This document shows positions 14,470-28,490 of a stretch of DNA of 64,000 bases, piece after piece (position 1 is the stretch's first letter; every line of letters begins with the position of its first letter). The translations under genes and the position numbers were made by a program. Where the stretch lies: assembly GCA_964016885.1 (NCBI GenBank), contig OZ024747.1, positions 53,258,001-53,322,000 of the forward strand. Direction: 5' to 3'. The DNA comes from Eledone cirrhosa (Eukaryota). The notes below the pieces were generated by a model. That model worked only from the letters and a program-made list of their open reading frames with translations. It was not told where the DNA came from and did not search any database.

Positions 14470-14880
14470 TCATTGTTGTTGTAGCAAATATAATTGTTGT
14501 TATTGTCATTGCTACTCTAGTTGGATGTCGTTTTAGTTTACTACTGTCATTGTAGCTGATGTTATTGTTGTAGTTGTTGTAGCTACTATCGTTGCTGTTA
14601 TTGTTATGTTTGTTGATGTAGTTGTTCTCGTTGCTGTTGCTGTTGTTGTAGTTGTTATAGTTACTGTGGCTATTGTAGCTACTATCGTTGTTGCTATTGT
14701 TGTTACTGTAGTTGTTGTCACTATTATTGTCGTAGCTACTGAAGTAGTTATAGTTGTTGTTACTCCTGTTGTCCTTATTATTGTCGTTACCGTTGTCATT
14801 GTTGTTGTTACTGTTCTTGTTATAGCTACTGTAGTTGTTGTTGATGTTGTTATTTTTGTTGGTATTATTACTGTCGTTAC
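14470..14880. repeat. Degenerate (GTT/GTA)n low-complexity tract
   Basis: Trinucleotide periodicity. Confidence 0.85.
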
Positions 14881-14882
14881 TA

Positions 14883-15072
14883 GGGCGGTGGATTGGCAGT
14901 ATCGGTAGAGGGTCGGACGCCATGCTTAGAAGCATAGAGTTACGGCGCTTTACGGTCTGATTTCAAATCCCGCCGAGGTTAACTTTGCCTTTCATCTTTA
15001 CGGGGGTCGATAAAATAAAGTACCAGTAATACACTGGGATAATTGCTGGCCTTGTGCCAAAAGTAGAAACAG
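14883..15072 (+). mobile_element. tRNA-derived SINE, full length (Deu/Nin-like domain)
   Basis: A-box TGGCAGTATCGG, B-box-like GATTTCAAATCCC, core GCCTTTCATC..GGGGTCGATAAAATAAAGTACCAG; more than 14 copies in the window. Confidence 0.9.
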
Positions 15073-15232
15073 TTATTACTGTCGTTACTGTTGTTGTTAT
15101 TGTTAGTGATTGTGAAGTGAATTTCTACATCACTCGGCCATGCCTGCCTATGTCTTATTAAATCTCAACTCTCCATGCCAGAGGGACACGACTAGGGACA
15201 GATAATTGATTTTTTCGTCTATGGCATTATTA

Positions 15233-15575
15233 CCCGTGCATGGCTTAGTGGTTAGAACGTCGGGCTTCCAATCGTGAGGTTATGAGTTTAAATTCTGGAC
15301 CGGGTGATGCGTTGTGTCCTTGAGCAAGACTCTTTATTTCACGTTGCTCCAGTTCACTCAGTTGTAGAAATGAGTTTCCGATGTCATTGGTGCCAAACTG
15401 TATCAGCTATTACCTTTCCGTTGGACAACATTGGTGACGTGGAGAGGGGAGACTGTTTATGCATGGGTGACTGCTGGTCTTCCACAAACAAACTTTGCGC
15501 GGAATTGTGCCTCGGAGGGGGAACTTTCTAGGTGTAAATCCCATGGTCATTCGTGACCGAAGTGGGTGTTTACCC
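15233..15575 (+). mobile_element. Second tRNA-derived SINE family (V-domain-like)
   Basis: A-box TGGCTTAGTGG, B-box-like GAGTTTAAATTC, TTGTGTCCTTGAGCAAGAC; fragments at ~15700, ~26030-26268 (-) and ~62170. Confidence 0.75.
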
Positions 15576-16179
15576 TGGATCTCCAATTATTATACCTGAA
15601 TGACTAGGGGCTCGGCATTGGGGTTAAAAACAGATTTAACATTGACACTAAGTGTCGTAGTTGCAACAAAAACTAGGAACAACAAGATGTTAGAGAGTGT
15701 TAGGGTGTTCGGCTGACGATCTGAAGTGCGTTTCCCGGCCGTATGTAGTGTTCTTCAGCAAGACACTTTATTTTGCGGTATTAAAGGTACGTGTGTCTGT
15801 GGAATACTCAGACACTTGCATATTAATTCCTCGAGCAAGCTGCTTCGTTGTTCGTACAACAGCTTCAATTGTCGCCGTAACCGACGGAGTCCAATACATG
15901 ATAGAGTAAACATGGTCGGCTGCCTTTAAGTTCCACCTTCGTACGGGTGCGGAATTTAAATTGAGAACACACTGAGCTGAAACTAATATCACAAAGCATC
16001 TCGTCCGTTCCTCTAATACATCTTCCAAGCTACTGTTCTTAAACCAGTACTCTATCGACCTCGAAAAGGATGATAGCAGAATTTGGACTTAGGGGCCCCC
16101 AAAACAGAACCAATACCACAAAGCATTAAACTCGACACTTTAACGATTCCACAAATACACTTCTCTTTGATTGATATTA

Positions 16180-16312
16180 TATTTTATCGACCCTTGAAAA
16201 GATAAAAGGCAAAGTTGACTTTGGTGGAATTTGAACTTACAACACAGAGTATCAAAACTAATTGCCGAATATAATTTATCCGATGCTCTTGCCACTGGGC
16301 CAGTTTGTTGCC
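16180..16312 (-). mobile_element. Diverged tRNA-derived SINE
   Basis: TTTTATCGACCC...AAAGGCAAAGTTGAC...GAATTTGAAC. Confidence 0.7.
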
Positions 16313-16359
16313 ATTTATAACAGCTTACTGATTTATAAAACTATACCAACGACATATTA

Positions 16360-19300
16360 GATGATGTTGTCTGATGTGATCTAGCTATGTTGTCTGATGT
16401 GATCTATCTATGTTGTCTGATGTGATCTATTTAGTGAGATCTAGCTATGGTGTCTGATGTGATCTATCTATGTTGTCTGATGTGATCTATCTATGTTGTC
16501 TGATGTGGTCTATTTATGTTGTCTGATGTGGTCTATTTAGTGTGATCTATTTATGTTGTGTGATGTGATCTATCTATGTTGTCTGATGTGATCTATCTAT
16601 GTTGTCTGATGTGGTGTATTTATGTTGTCTGATCTGGTCTATTTAGTGTGATCTATTTATGTTGTCTGATATGATCTATATATGTTGTCTGATATGATCT
16701 GTCTATGTTGTCTGATGTGATCTATTTATGTTGTCTGATGTGATCTATCTATGTTGTCTGATGTGGTCTATTTATGTTGTCTGATGTGGTCTATTTAGTG
16801 TGATCTATTTATGTTGTGTGATGTGATCTATCTATGTTGTCTGATGTGATCTATCTATGTTGTCTGATGTGGTGTATTTATGTTGTCTGATCTGGTCTAT
16901 TTAGTGTGAACTATTTATGTTGTCTGATATGATCTATTTATGTTGTCTGATATGATCTGTCTATGTTGTCTGATGTGATCTATTTATGTTGTCTGATGTG
17001 ATATATCTATGTTGTCTGATGTGATCTATCTATGTTGTCTGATGTGATCTATTTATGTTGTCTGATATGGTCTATCTATGTTGTCTGATTTGATCTATGT
17101 TGTCTGACGTGATCTATCTATGTTGTCTCATGTGATCTGTGTTGTCTTATGTGATCTATCTATGTTGTCTGATGTGATCCATTTATGTTGTGTGATGTGA
17201 TCTATTTATGTTGTCTGATGTGATCCATTTATGTTGTGTGATGTGATCTATTTATGTTGTCTGATGTGATCTATCTATGTTGTCTGATGTGATCTATCTA
17301 TGTTGTCTGATGTGATCTATCTATGTTGTCTGATGCGATCTACTTATGTTGTCTGATGTGATCTATCTATGTTGCCTGATGTTATCTATTTATGTTGTCT
17401 GATGTGATCTATCTATGTTGTCTGATGTGATCTATTTATGTTGTCTGATGTGATCTATCTATGTTGTCTGATGTGATCTATTTATGTTGTCTGATGTGAT
17501 CTATCTATGTCGTCTGACGTGATCTATCTATGTTGTCTGATGTGATCTGTGTTGTCTTATGTGATCTATTTATGTTGTCTGATGTGATCTATTTATATTG
17601 TGTGATGTATTCTATTTATGTTGTCTGATGTGATCTATCTATGTTGTCTGATGTGATCTATCTATGTTGTCTGATGTGATCTATTTATGTTGTCTGATAT
17701 GATCTATCTATGTTGTCTGATTTGATCTATGTTGTCTGATGTGATCTATCTATGTTGTCTGATGTGATCTATTAAATGTTGTCTGATGTGATCTATCTAC
17801 GCTGTCTGATGTGATCTATTTATGTTTTCTGATGTGATCTATTTATGTTGTCTGATGTGATCTATCTATGTTGTCTGATGTGATTTATCTATGTTGTCTG
17901 TTGTGATCTATTTATGTTGCCTGGTGTGATCTATCTATGTTGTCTGATGTTATCTATTTATGTTGTCTGATGTGATCTACTTATGTTGTCTGATGTGATC
18001 TATCTGTGTTGTCTGATGTAATCTATCTATCATGTTTAATGTGATCTATTTATGTTGCCTGATGTGATCTATCTATGGTATCTGATGTGATCTAATTATG
18101 TTGTCTGATGTGATCTATTTATGTTGTTTGATGTGATCTATATATGTTGTCTGATGTGATCTATCCATGTTGTCTGATGTGATCTATTTATGTTGTCTTA
18201 TGTGATCTATTTATGTCGGCTGATGTCATCTGTCTATGTCGTCTGATGTGATCTATTTATGTTGCCTGATGTGATCTATCTATGTTGTCTGATGTGATCT
18301 ATTTATGTTGTCTGGTGTGATCTATCTATGTTGTCTGATGTGATATGTTTATGTTGTCTGATGTGATCTATCTATGTTGTCTGATGTGATCTATTTATGT
18401 TGTCTGATGTGATCTATCTATATTGTCTGATGTGATCTATTTATGTTGTCTGATGTGATCTATCTATATTGTCTGATGTGATCTATTTATGTTGCCTGAT
18501 GTGATCTATCTATGTTGTCTCATGTGATCTATGTTGTCTGATGTTATCTATCTATATTGTCTGATGTGATCTATTTATACTGTCTGATGTGATCTATGTA
18601 TGTTGTCTGATGTTATCTATTTATGTTGTCTGATCTGATCTATCTATGTTGTCTGATGTGATCTATTTATGTTGTCTGATGTGATCTATTTATCTTGTCT
18701 GGTGTGATCTATCTATGTTGTCTGATGTGATCTATTTATGTTGCCTGATGTGATCTATCTATGTTGTCTGATGTGATATATTTATGTTGTCTGATGTGAT
18801 CTATCTATGTTGTCTGATGTGATATATTTATGTTGTCTGATGTGATCTATGTATGTTGTATGATGTGATCTATTTATGTTTGTCTGATGTGATCTATCTA
18901 TGTTGTCTGATGTGATCTATCTATGTTGTCTGATGTGATATATTTATGTTGTCTGATGTGATCTATGTATGTTGTCTGATATGATCTATTTATGTTGTCT
19001 GATGAGATCTGTTTATGTTGTCTGATGTGATCTATCTATGTTGTCTGATGTGATATATTTATGTTGTCTGATGTGATCTATGTATGTTGTATGATGTGAT
19101 CTATTTATGTTGTCTGATGTGATCTATCTACGTTGTCTGATGAGATCTATTTATGTTGTCTCATGTGATCTACTTATGTTGTCTGATGAGATCTATTTAT
19201 GTTGTCTGATGTGATCTATTTATGTTGTCTGATGTGATCTTTCTATGTTGTTTGATGTGATCTATTTATGTTGACTGATGTGAGCTACCTATGTTGTCTT

Positions 19301-19525
19301 ATGTGATCTATTTATGTTGTCTGATGTGATCTATTTATATCCTCTGATGTGATGTATTTATGTTTTCTGATGTGATCTATTTATGTTGTCTGATGTGGTG
19401 TATTTATGTTGTGTGATGAGATCTATTTATGTTGACTGATGTGATCTATTTATGCTGTCTAATGTGATTTATTTATGTTGTCTGATGTGATCTGTCTATG
19501 TTGTCTGATATGATCCATCTATGTT
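16360..19525. repeat. 23-bp minisatellite (~135 copies)
   Basis: Unit TGATGTGATCTATYTATGTTGTC. Confidence 0.97.
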
Positions 19526-19732
19526 AGAACAGATGGAATGATCATGACTAAATTAGGTTTTATCATATTGTCTAATCGGGTTGCTGTTGTATCCCCTTTC
19601 AAGCAATATGCTTTACATCTTGCTGAGGGTTTTATAGAATGACAGTAATAATCGAGTGAAAGAACATTCTATATTTATAGAAACATAGATATCCAATAGT
19701 ATGTTTGTATATTACATTTTTTCATTTGATAT

Positions 19733-19915
19733 AATTGTTTCTACTTTTGGCGCAAGGCCAGCAATTACCGCAGTGTATTTATTACTGGTGTTTCATTTTA
19801 TCGACCCAGTAAGGATGAAAGGCAAAGTTAACCTCGACGGTATTTTAACTCAGACCGCAAAGGGCTGTAACTCTATGCTGCAAAGCATGGCGCTCGACCC
19901 TCTACCAATACTGCC
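19733..19915 (-). mobile_element. tRNA-derived SINE
   Basis: Same family as 14883-15072. Confidence 0.85.
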
Positions 19916-20423
19916 TTTTAATGAAATATAATATATGAAAATTTGAACTTAGCTCGCGTAACTCCAATTCCAGCTGCACGAACACGGATTGGGTACCGCT
20001 ATTCGAAACTGACATGGTATACACCCGACCCCTGTCAGCGTCCATCTCATGCACCCATTTACCTCGTCTCATCACATCTGTCTTTTCCCTTCCCTACTAC
20101 GCCTGATAAACCTTCTCCCAGTCTACATTGTCCCCAACCACTAACACACACATAGACACACACACGTACACATACTTACCCCCACTCTTTCTTTTTCTCT
20201 CTGTCTCTCACACACAGTGTCCTTTAAAACAATAGGGTTTATGAAGTAGGGTGTCGTGGGCAGCGGCGTTGTGTGGTGAGGAGTGGTGTTTGTGAGACAT
20301 AGGGCTACTATTTGCACACAAGAACATCACATAAACACACACACACGCACACGTATATATATATATATACATATACATACATAATTAAAACAAACACATC
20401 TATATATAAAGTTATGGTGAAGG

Positions 20424-20466
20424 GTGATGAAGGGGATGGTAGTGATGATGATGGAGGTTGTGAGTC

Positions 20467-20512
<46 letters not shown>

Positions 20513-21022
20513 TGTAGTAGTAGTAGTGCTGGTGGTGGTAGTGTTGGTGTTGATGGTAGTAGTGCTGGTGGTGATGCTGGTGGTAGTAGTGCTGGTGGTA
20601 GTTGTGCTGGTGGTAGTTGTGCTGGTGGTAGTTGTGCTGGTGGTAGTAGTGCTAGTGGTAGTTCTGCTGGTGGTAGTAGTGGTTGTGGTAGTAGTGCTGA
20701 TGGTGATGCTGGTGGTAATAGTGCTGGTGGTAGTAGTGCTGGTAGTAGTGGTGGTGGTAGGAGTGCTGGTGGTAGTAGTGGTGGTGGTAATAGTGGTGGT
20801 GGTAGTTGTGCTGGTAGTAGTGGTGGTGGTAGTAGTGCTGATGGTAGTAGTGCTGGTGGTAGTTGTGCTGGTGGTAGTAGTGCTGGTGGTAGTTGTGCTG
20901 GTGGTAGTAGTGCTGGTGGTAGTAGTAGTGGTGGTAGTAGTGGTGGTGGTAGTTGTGCTGGTGGTAGTTATGCTGGTGGTAGTGGTGCTGGTAGTGATGG
21001 TGATGGTAGTAGTAGTGGTGAT
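20424..21022. repeat. (AGT/GGT/GCT)n low-complexity tract
   Basis: Trinucleotide and 15-bp periodicity. Confidence 0.9.
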
Positions 21023-21095
21023 GGACCCTTTGTTTAATCGTAGCTGAAATATCTTAGAAATAATTCATAATGTAAAAAGAAGGTTCGGCGGAGAT

Positions 21096-21275
21096 GTGTA
21101 TATGTTGAGGTGTATATATGGTGGCGAAGGTGGAATATGTGCATGGTGTGTATATATATGTTGTGGTGTATATGTTGAGGTGTATATATGGTGGCGAAGG
21201 TGGAATATGTGCATGGTGTGTATATATATGTTGTGGTGTATATGTTGAGGTGTATATATGGTGGCAAAGGTGGTA
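21096..21275. repeat. 70-bp tandem repeat (~2.5 copies)
   Basis: GTGGCRAAGG at 21121, 21191 and 21261. Confidence 0.85.
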
Positions 21276-21496
21276 AATGTGGATGGTGTGAGTGGTTGTA
21301 GGAGGGGAGGAGATAAAGAATGAGACAGAGAATGAAAGTGGTAGGGTGTAGGGTGAGGTGGGAGATAATGAAAGTAGTGATGAGGTCAATAGGTACACTA
21401 ACTGGCCTTATGAATAACTGGTCATTCTCTGACTGGCTAAGAAGAAAACAAAGTCGGTGGAAAAAATATTAATTTATTCTCTAAACATTATACAAT

Positions 21497-21543
<47 letters not shown>

Positions 21544-21619
21544 TAGATAGATAGATATATGTATGTATGTGTGTGTGTATGTATATGTGTATATCTATCT
21601 ATCTATATATCTGTATGTA

Positions 21620-21662
<43 letters not shown>

Positions 21663-22227
21663 TGTAAGAAATCCATATATACGGCCATCATAGCTGGCAG
21701 AAAGATAAACAAAAACACAGTTTCTACACATTATTATTTCAATAATCATATTCAATTTAAGTATTAGCATTCAGTCAACATACTGGGAGGTGCGTATTGA
21801 TTGAGCAATTAAACGGCAGCCAGGTGAAACATACACATACGTGTGTATATATACATATATACACGTGCATATGCGTACACACACACGCATAGATATATAT
21901 ACATATATATATACGTATATGTATATATATATACATATGCATGTGCGTACATAAACACACACATACACACATATATATACGTGTGTACGTGTGTATGTGT
22001 GTGTAAGTGTGTGTGTGTGTGTGTTATGTGTGTGTGACTGTGTTGTGGTGTGTGTGTGTACAAGAAATATATAGGTTTATATGCGTGGGAAGTTTGTTAG
22101 TTTTTTTTAAATATTGCTGTTCCCTTTCTTTGCGTGCGTATGCATATTAAACTTAAGTGTATATACGCAAGTAAATACACACGCATAGATATTGTATGCT
22201 TGTATATATGTGTGTGTATGTATGTAT

Positions 22228-22835
22228 GTCAGGTCACCCGTTGGTGCTACTGGTAACATGTATCCCAGTACAACCTGTCGCATGGTCGGGTCGGTGGCGA
22301 CTAAACTGGTAACCCCACCAAGGTTTCTTGGTGAGGAGGGTGACGTTGGACATCCTGCAGGACTAAAACCAAAACCTGTCAAAGGGCAAAGGAGCTCTTA
22401 AGAGTCAATGGCCATCCAAAATCACCGGGAGAGATGACGTCTTAGCCTTTTTCAAGGCAGAATTCTAGGAGAAGGACAACTCTGATATAACACCTGCAAC
22501 CCTGATGGTATCCAATGATGTTGACTTGTTCTTCTTTTTGGTAAATATCATCTTGGTTAAGAGAGTGGGACTGGCTTGTGCAGTGCCTTTGCTCACTATA
22601 AAAGCTTCACGGCACAGGCATTGCTTTATATCTGGAGATCTCTCTGCACTTGTCGTCACATGGTACCATGGGCCCAGCACTATGTGTCAATAATTGTCAC
22701 AAGTGTAGTGTTTGTACCAGAGTTTGAAGTCGCTGGCTGGACTAAAAAGTCACACTCGTTCAGCGCATCGGTAGGGTTATCTCCTACATGGATATAAAGT
22801 AGTGGCCGTACTCGAAAACGAGTTGGCAGCCACCA
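22228..22835 (+). mobile_element. ~610-bp non-coding dispersed element, RTE 5'UTR-like
   Basis: High-identity copies at 38573-39000 (-) and 58347-58942 (+); TAGGAGAAGGAMAACTCTGA resembles RTE 5'UTRs. Confidence 0.7.
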
Positions 22836-23157
22836 TATATATATATATGTATGGATGAAAGTATGTATGTACTCTTAATTTCGAAGACACTTTTGACCGG
22901 CCACCTTCCTGGTGGCAAGGTTGTAAACGAAAAGAAATTGACATCCCTTGTATCGCAAGAATGTTTTGCAAATTTTGAAGGTGCCAGCTATCGCGGCCAT
23001 TTGTAGTCTATGAATAAAGGTATTGCATAGCTGGTTATAGGCAACTCACCAGCAGGACGAAAAAGCCACGTCCATGATGCTCAAGCTTAAGTATTAAGCG
23101 ATGGTATTACTCGAAATTCGAGTTGCAGCCATCATATATGTATGTATGAAGTAGCAG

Positions 23158-23826
23158 ATGCATGTCAGTGATGTTGAGGTTCTTGAGAGAAGTGAGTGTT
23201 GGAGCATTGATAGTATCATCCATCAACTTCGTTTGCGATGGACCGGATACCTTTGCAGAATGGAACATGATCGAATCCCGAAACAGCTTTTGTATGGCGA
23301 AATTTGTAAAGGAAAGAAACCACCTCACAAATCTCCGATTCAAAGATTGCGTAAAGGTCTCATTTGAAGAAATTGGTTTGATGGTGGCTTACTGGGAGAT
23401 AAACATTCTAGAAAAAGAAACCTAGCATGGAATGGTGAATGATGAGGTCCATAATTTTGAGAACAGATGCATAGATCACGAGAAGATCAAACGGTGTGCT
23501 CTGAGTGTGGAAAGGTGTGCTTAAGAAAATCTGGCCTCGAGAGCCACAGTCGCAGCCATGTTCAGAGAAAACCAGTGAACCAGTGAATACGGTATTGCAA
23601 GATGTCATGAATGTGGCAAAGAATTTTGATCTGTAGCAGGGCAGAAGCGGCATGTGAAGGTTCACAGGCAACCTGATGCAAGACCTGATGCAAGGAGATC
23701 CATAATTGTCGTCAATGTGCCACGGAGTGCACATTTATAGCAGGCTTGAAAATCCATATCCGAGCGTCGCACATGTGTATTTGACAAGCAATTGCAATAC
23801 TCTTAGCGTGAGTTTGTAGCTATCAT
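23158..23826 (+). pseudogene. RTE-clade LINE 3' fragment
   Basis: LRLRWTGYLCRMEHDRIPKQLLYGEI is a typical RTE post-RT segment; (TATG)n-like tail. Confidence 0.85.
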
Positions 23827-23986
23827 GTTTGTATGTATGTTTGAATGTAATATTCAGATAGAGGTGGGAGAGAGAACTCGATGGCTAGTTAGATAGACAG
23901 ATACACAGATGTATGGATACATAGGTACATATATAAATAACATGACACACAAATAAAGATATAGATAGATAGATATGTTTCTTTAT

Positions 23987-24024
<38 letters not shown>

Positions 24025-24956
24025 TATAGATATATAGATAGATAGATAGATAGATTCGATGAGAGGACAATTGTGATATCGTTGCCAGTGTGACGATGGG
24101 GAAATTGAGGTCCCTAACAGTAGACATGTATTGCAGTCAGGTTGTTGTGATATATTTTTCCTTTTTTATTGTGATGTCTATTCTTTGTTAGTCCCATTGT
24201 AGGGAATGGATTGTTCAACAGAGCGGAGCGTTGTGTGTCTTTCAACAGAAAACATTATTTCACATTGCTATAGTCAATTCAGGTGCCAAATATAATAATT
24301 TATTATTGCAGTACGGCCCCAGCTGAGTTATTTAGTTATGTTACACCTGGGTCTGGCTGAACAGTCATCTGTTTTAATTAAGAAAAGAATTAAAGTTACA
24401 ATATAGAGTTATTAAAAGCACCTTATATTAAATAAAGTGAATAAATTAGCATAATCATTAAAAAACGAGATAGAATGTTTCACTGTGTTCGATATTGCTT
24501 TCTGTGCTCTCTGTTCAAACCCTACAGAGATCAACTTTGCTTCCATCCATTCGAGATCAACAAATAAAGTACCAATTTAGTACTGCAGTCGATTCTTCTC
24601 CTAAACTTATTTCTCACAATCTGTGCTCTCTGTTTAAATCCCATAGAGGTCAACTTTACCTTTTATTCTTTCAAGGTCGACAAAGAAAGTTCCAGTACTG
24701 CAGTTGATTCTTCACCTAAACTTCTTTCTCACTTTCTTCTCTCCCGAAGAAATCGACTGTATTCCAACCTAGAGAGCAACGGATTAGAAAGCGTTACGTA
24801 CGCCGTATATCACTGAGACTCTACCGAGAGATAAGGATCTATTCAAACTTACAGTCTATAGTTATTAAATTCACAGTGAAATTAGGAAAATTTCTGTAAG
24901 TGTTCTTGTAATGTAATTGTAAGGGAAGAGGAAATTCAATTAAATTAGGGAAGCTT

Positions 24957-25100
24957 TACTGATACTTTATTTTATCGACCTCATAATAATAAAAGGTATG
25001 GCTAACATCGGCGGGATTTAAATTCAGAACGCAATGGGACGTAACTATATATCGCAAAGCAAGTTATCCGACGCCCTAACGATTCTGCCAAACCACCACC
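24957..25100 (-). mobile_element. Diverged tRNA-derived SINE
   Basis: Same family as 14883-15072. Confidence 0.7.
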
Positions 25101-25316
25101 CATTTTTTTTTGTAATACATATATATGATGGTTAAAAATAAAGTACCATTCAAGTACTGTGGTTTATTTCATCAACTTACTCCCACCCTACCCCACCCCA
25201 GGTCTAGTGCCTAAATTAGAAATTAATATAATACGTTTGTTAAGGGGTGACAGGAATAGTAGTTTGGTGAGCTTCAGTTAACCAAGAGTCGTGGGCCCTA
25301 TTATCCATAAGGTTCA

Positions 25317-25377
<61 letters not shown>

Positions 25378-25378
<1 letters not shown>

Positions 25379-25572
25379 CGAAGGAAATGTGGTAAGGAAT
25401 CAAGTGGACCATAACGCACCAAAGTACTCAATACTTAGGGTAGTAGAGTGGGTAATAGGAACGAGTAGGACCCCGACGGCTGAGCTCAAGCCGTTTCGAC
25501 GGCTAATTCTGGACCCAGAATTAGCCGTCGAAACGGCTTGAGCTCAGCCGACGGGGTCCTACTCGTTCGTAT
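25378..25572 (-). mobile_element. Hairpin+tail element, copy 3
   Basis: Homologous to 2989-3185. Confidence 0.9.
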
Positions 25573-25699
25573 ATATATATATATGAAGTTGCACAGATTC
25601 TCATTGGATAGCTTTGCAAACAAAACTTTCATATATATATATATGCGTGTGTGTGAAAGAGAGAAAGGAGAGAGAGAGAGAGAGAAAGAGAGAGTAGGG

Positions 25700-26395
25700 G
25701 TGTTGTAGTTTACTTGAAGAATTGTGGAATATGAAAAGTGGGTATGTTTAGAAAGCCGTTAAAATGCAGGTGGGTTTGATAATGGATGGGACATCCGAAA
25801 TATAGAGACTAATAAATTACTAACGTAACAATCAGTCGTTCTTGTCCTTTTATTTTCTTCCTTCTCCCTCTCTTTGCCTTTTACCTCATCTCTCCCGACT
25901 TTGTTCAAACCCAACTGCATTGTAACGACTTTCTAAACATTTCACTGACGCATATATACTTAAGGTAGTTCTCGGGGAAGATTTAGCTGGAACTTTGAAT
26001 TACAGGTTACAACTTGTTTATGCCAGTTGTGTGGGCTGGAGGAACGTGAAATAAGTGTCTTGCTCAAGGAAACAATGTACCCACGTGAATTGAAGTCAAC
26101 TTTACGATCGTGAACTAGACACCTTAACCTTTAAATCACGCGACATCACTTTCTCGGCTGAAAGTTTGAATTACTGGTACAATTCAGGTGTTCCACCTGA
26201 GTAGACTGGAGCAACGTGAAATAAAGTGTCCCGCTAGGGAACACAAACACCACCGGGAATCGAACTCAGGAAGAAAATAAACGGACAAGAATGACTGATT
26301 GTTACGTTAGTAATTTATTAGTCTCTATATTGCAGATGTACCATCCATTATCAAACCCACCTGCATTGTAACGGCTTTTTAAACATACCACTTTT
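25700..26395. repeat. Inverted-repeat element (4565-5040 family) with SINE fragments inside
   Basis: 25735-25862 is inverted at 26269-26395 and partly at 25905-25940. Confidence 0.7.
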
Positions 26396-27237
26396 AGTGA
26401 GCATAACACACTGACAACTAATCATACTTTTACAATACCAACATAAAAGAAGGACCGAATGCCAAGGCCACCCTATCTAACAGGGAATGTGGTTCATTAA
26501 CATCCGGTGTCATCAAACTAAACGGGGTTACAGGTGGCGTTAGACAACTCGGCCACTTCGCTGACTGAATGTATATAGTGAACGGATGAGAAAAACAAAT
26601 ATGAAATAATTAAAATTAATGATTTAAATGAGGACAAGAAGATTTAAATTACTGAATTTTCGTTACCAACATCAAAGAACTCCGAATAGATATTAAAAAC
26701 AGAAAATAAATAATAGCGTTAATTTTATTTGTATTTATAATTAGCAATAATAATAATGATGATGATGGTTTCTAACATTGTCACACAGAACCATAAATCA
26801 TAACAATAATAATTGTAAGAAATGAAACATGTTCGTGTGAAAATGAAAATGATATGCTAATTACTGAAGATACTCTCTGGGGAAAGACTGGAACATCAAA
26901 GTATGTAAAAGGTTAAATAGATATAATAAGTGCAACATTTAGAATGTGTGTGTTTATTTGTGTTAATCTGAATGTGTGCGTCTGTGTGTGTGATAGAGTC
27001 GGTGCATGAGATAATTGTGAATGTGTCGGTGTGTGGCTTGCACTTAAATAGAAATTTAAAAAAATAACCAAAGTCAGTGTATGCCACGGTGAAAATGGAG
27101 ATGCAAATATGAATGCAAATCTCAAGGAGCACACACATTCACATATACCCCCCCCCCCATACACACACACAATCACATATACCCCTCCCCCACACACACA
27201 CAATCACATATACCCCGCCACACACACACACACATAT

Positions 27238-27670
27238 ATTCATTGCTGTAGTGGGGTCTGTGCTGCTGTACGGGTCTGAGACTTGGACACTGACCGAGAA
27301 ACTCACTCAGATGGTGGATGGGTGATACACGAGAATGCTGAGGATGGCTCTGAACATTAATCAGTATACACTGAGGATGAAGAACTCAGAGCTGTATGGG
27401 AGCCTCCCAAAAGTCAGCTCAAAAGTGACACAGAGGAGACTGAGGTTAGCTGGACATGCTCACCGACATCCAGAGTTGACATTGCACTCAGTGCTCCTGT
27501 GGGAGTCCCTACATGGACACACTGGAAGAGGAAGACCAAGGTTAACGTATGTTGATGCCCAAAGGACAGACACAGGTCTGTTGGAGACGCAGGGCATGGC
27601 AGCGATAATGAGGGACAGAGACCGTTGGAGAGAACTCGTCCATGGATCTCGGGAATTTTACCCGCTCTAG
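27238..27670 (+). pseudogene. RTE-like LINE 3' fragment
   Basis: SVLLYGSETWTLT...MLRMALNI...[14 protein letters not shown]...GRPRLTYVD. Confidence 0.85.
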
Positions 27671-27697
27671 ATATATATATATATATATATATATATA

Positions 27698-27873
27698 ACG
27701 AAGGAAGTGTGGTAAGGAACCAGGTGGACCATAATTCACCAGAGTACTCGATACTTTGGGTAGTAGAGTGGGTAATAGGAAAGGGTTCAAGACCCCGACG
27801 GCAGAGCTCAAGCCATTTCGACGGGTATTTCTGGATTAAGTCCAGAAATAGCCGTCGGGGTCCTGAATCTTTT

Positions 27874-27877
<4 letters not shown>
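27698..27877 (-). mobile_element. Hairpin+tail element, copy 4 (deletion in one arm)
   Basis: Homologous; the tail-less arm lacks the segment between two GCCGTC repeats. Confidence 0.85.
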
Positions 27878-27939
<62 letters not shown>

Positions 27940-28166
27940 CATATATATATATACATACAGTAGTATGTATATATATATACATACATGCACACATATATAT
28001 ATATGTTCGGTGAATCCATACGTACATATATATATGTGTGCATGTATGTATATATATATGCATACTACTGTAAGTCTGTATACATATATGTATGTACGTG
28101 TACATAATTATATTTAAGTAACAGCCGTACTAAGAGTGGGAAATGAAATTTCGTTTCATTTTTTCC

Positions 28167-28205
<39 letters not shown>

Positions 28206-28303
28206 TAATTATAGTATTAAATGGAAAATTTAGCCCATTTATTACTATTATTAGTAATAATTTAGCCCATTTATTACTATTATTAATAATATAATAATAA
28301 TAA

Positions 28304-28490
28304 GGGCCGTGGATTGGCAGTATCGGTAGAGAATCGGACGCCATGCTTTCCAGCGTAGTTACGTCCCTTTACGGTCTGAGTTCAAATCCCGCCGAGGTTG
28401 ACTTTGCCTTTCATCCTTACGGGGTTGATAAAATAAAGTACCAGTAATCTACTGTGAAATTGCTGGCCTTGTGCCAAAAGTAGAAACAAT
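28304..28490 (+). mobile_element. tRNA-derived SINE inserted in an inverted-arm/tail element
   Basis: Full length; flanking direct repeat ATTATTAATAATATAATA; host tail continues 28500-28597. Confidence 0.9.

Noticed and set aside
14883-14975. tRNA genes at SINE heads
   Set aside because: A/B boxes are followed by SINE core and tail, with no intact cloverleaf
20312-21047. Gly/Ser-rich ORF
   Set aside because: Trinucleotide low-complexity tract, open in several frames, with no splice or codon evidence
26437-26564. Possible minus-strand exon (SAKWPSCLTPPVTPF...)
   Set aside because: Plausible acceptor only; no recognisable homology or partner exons
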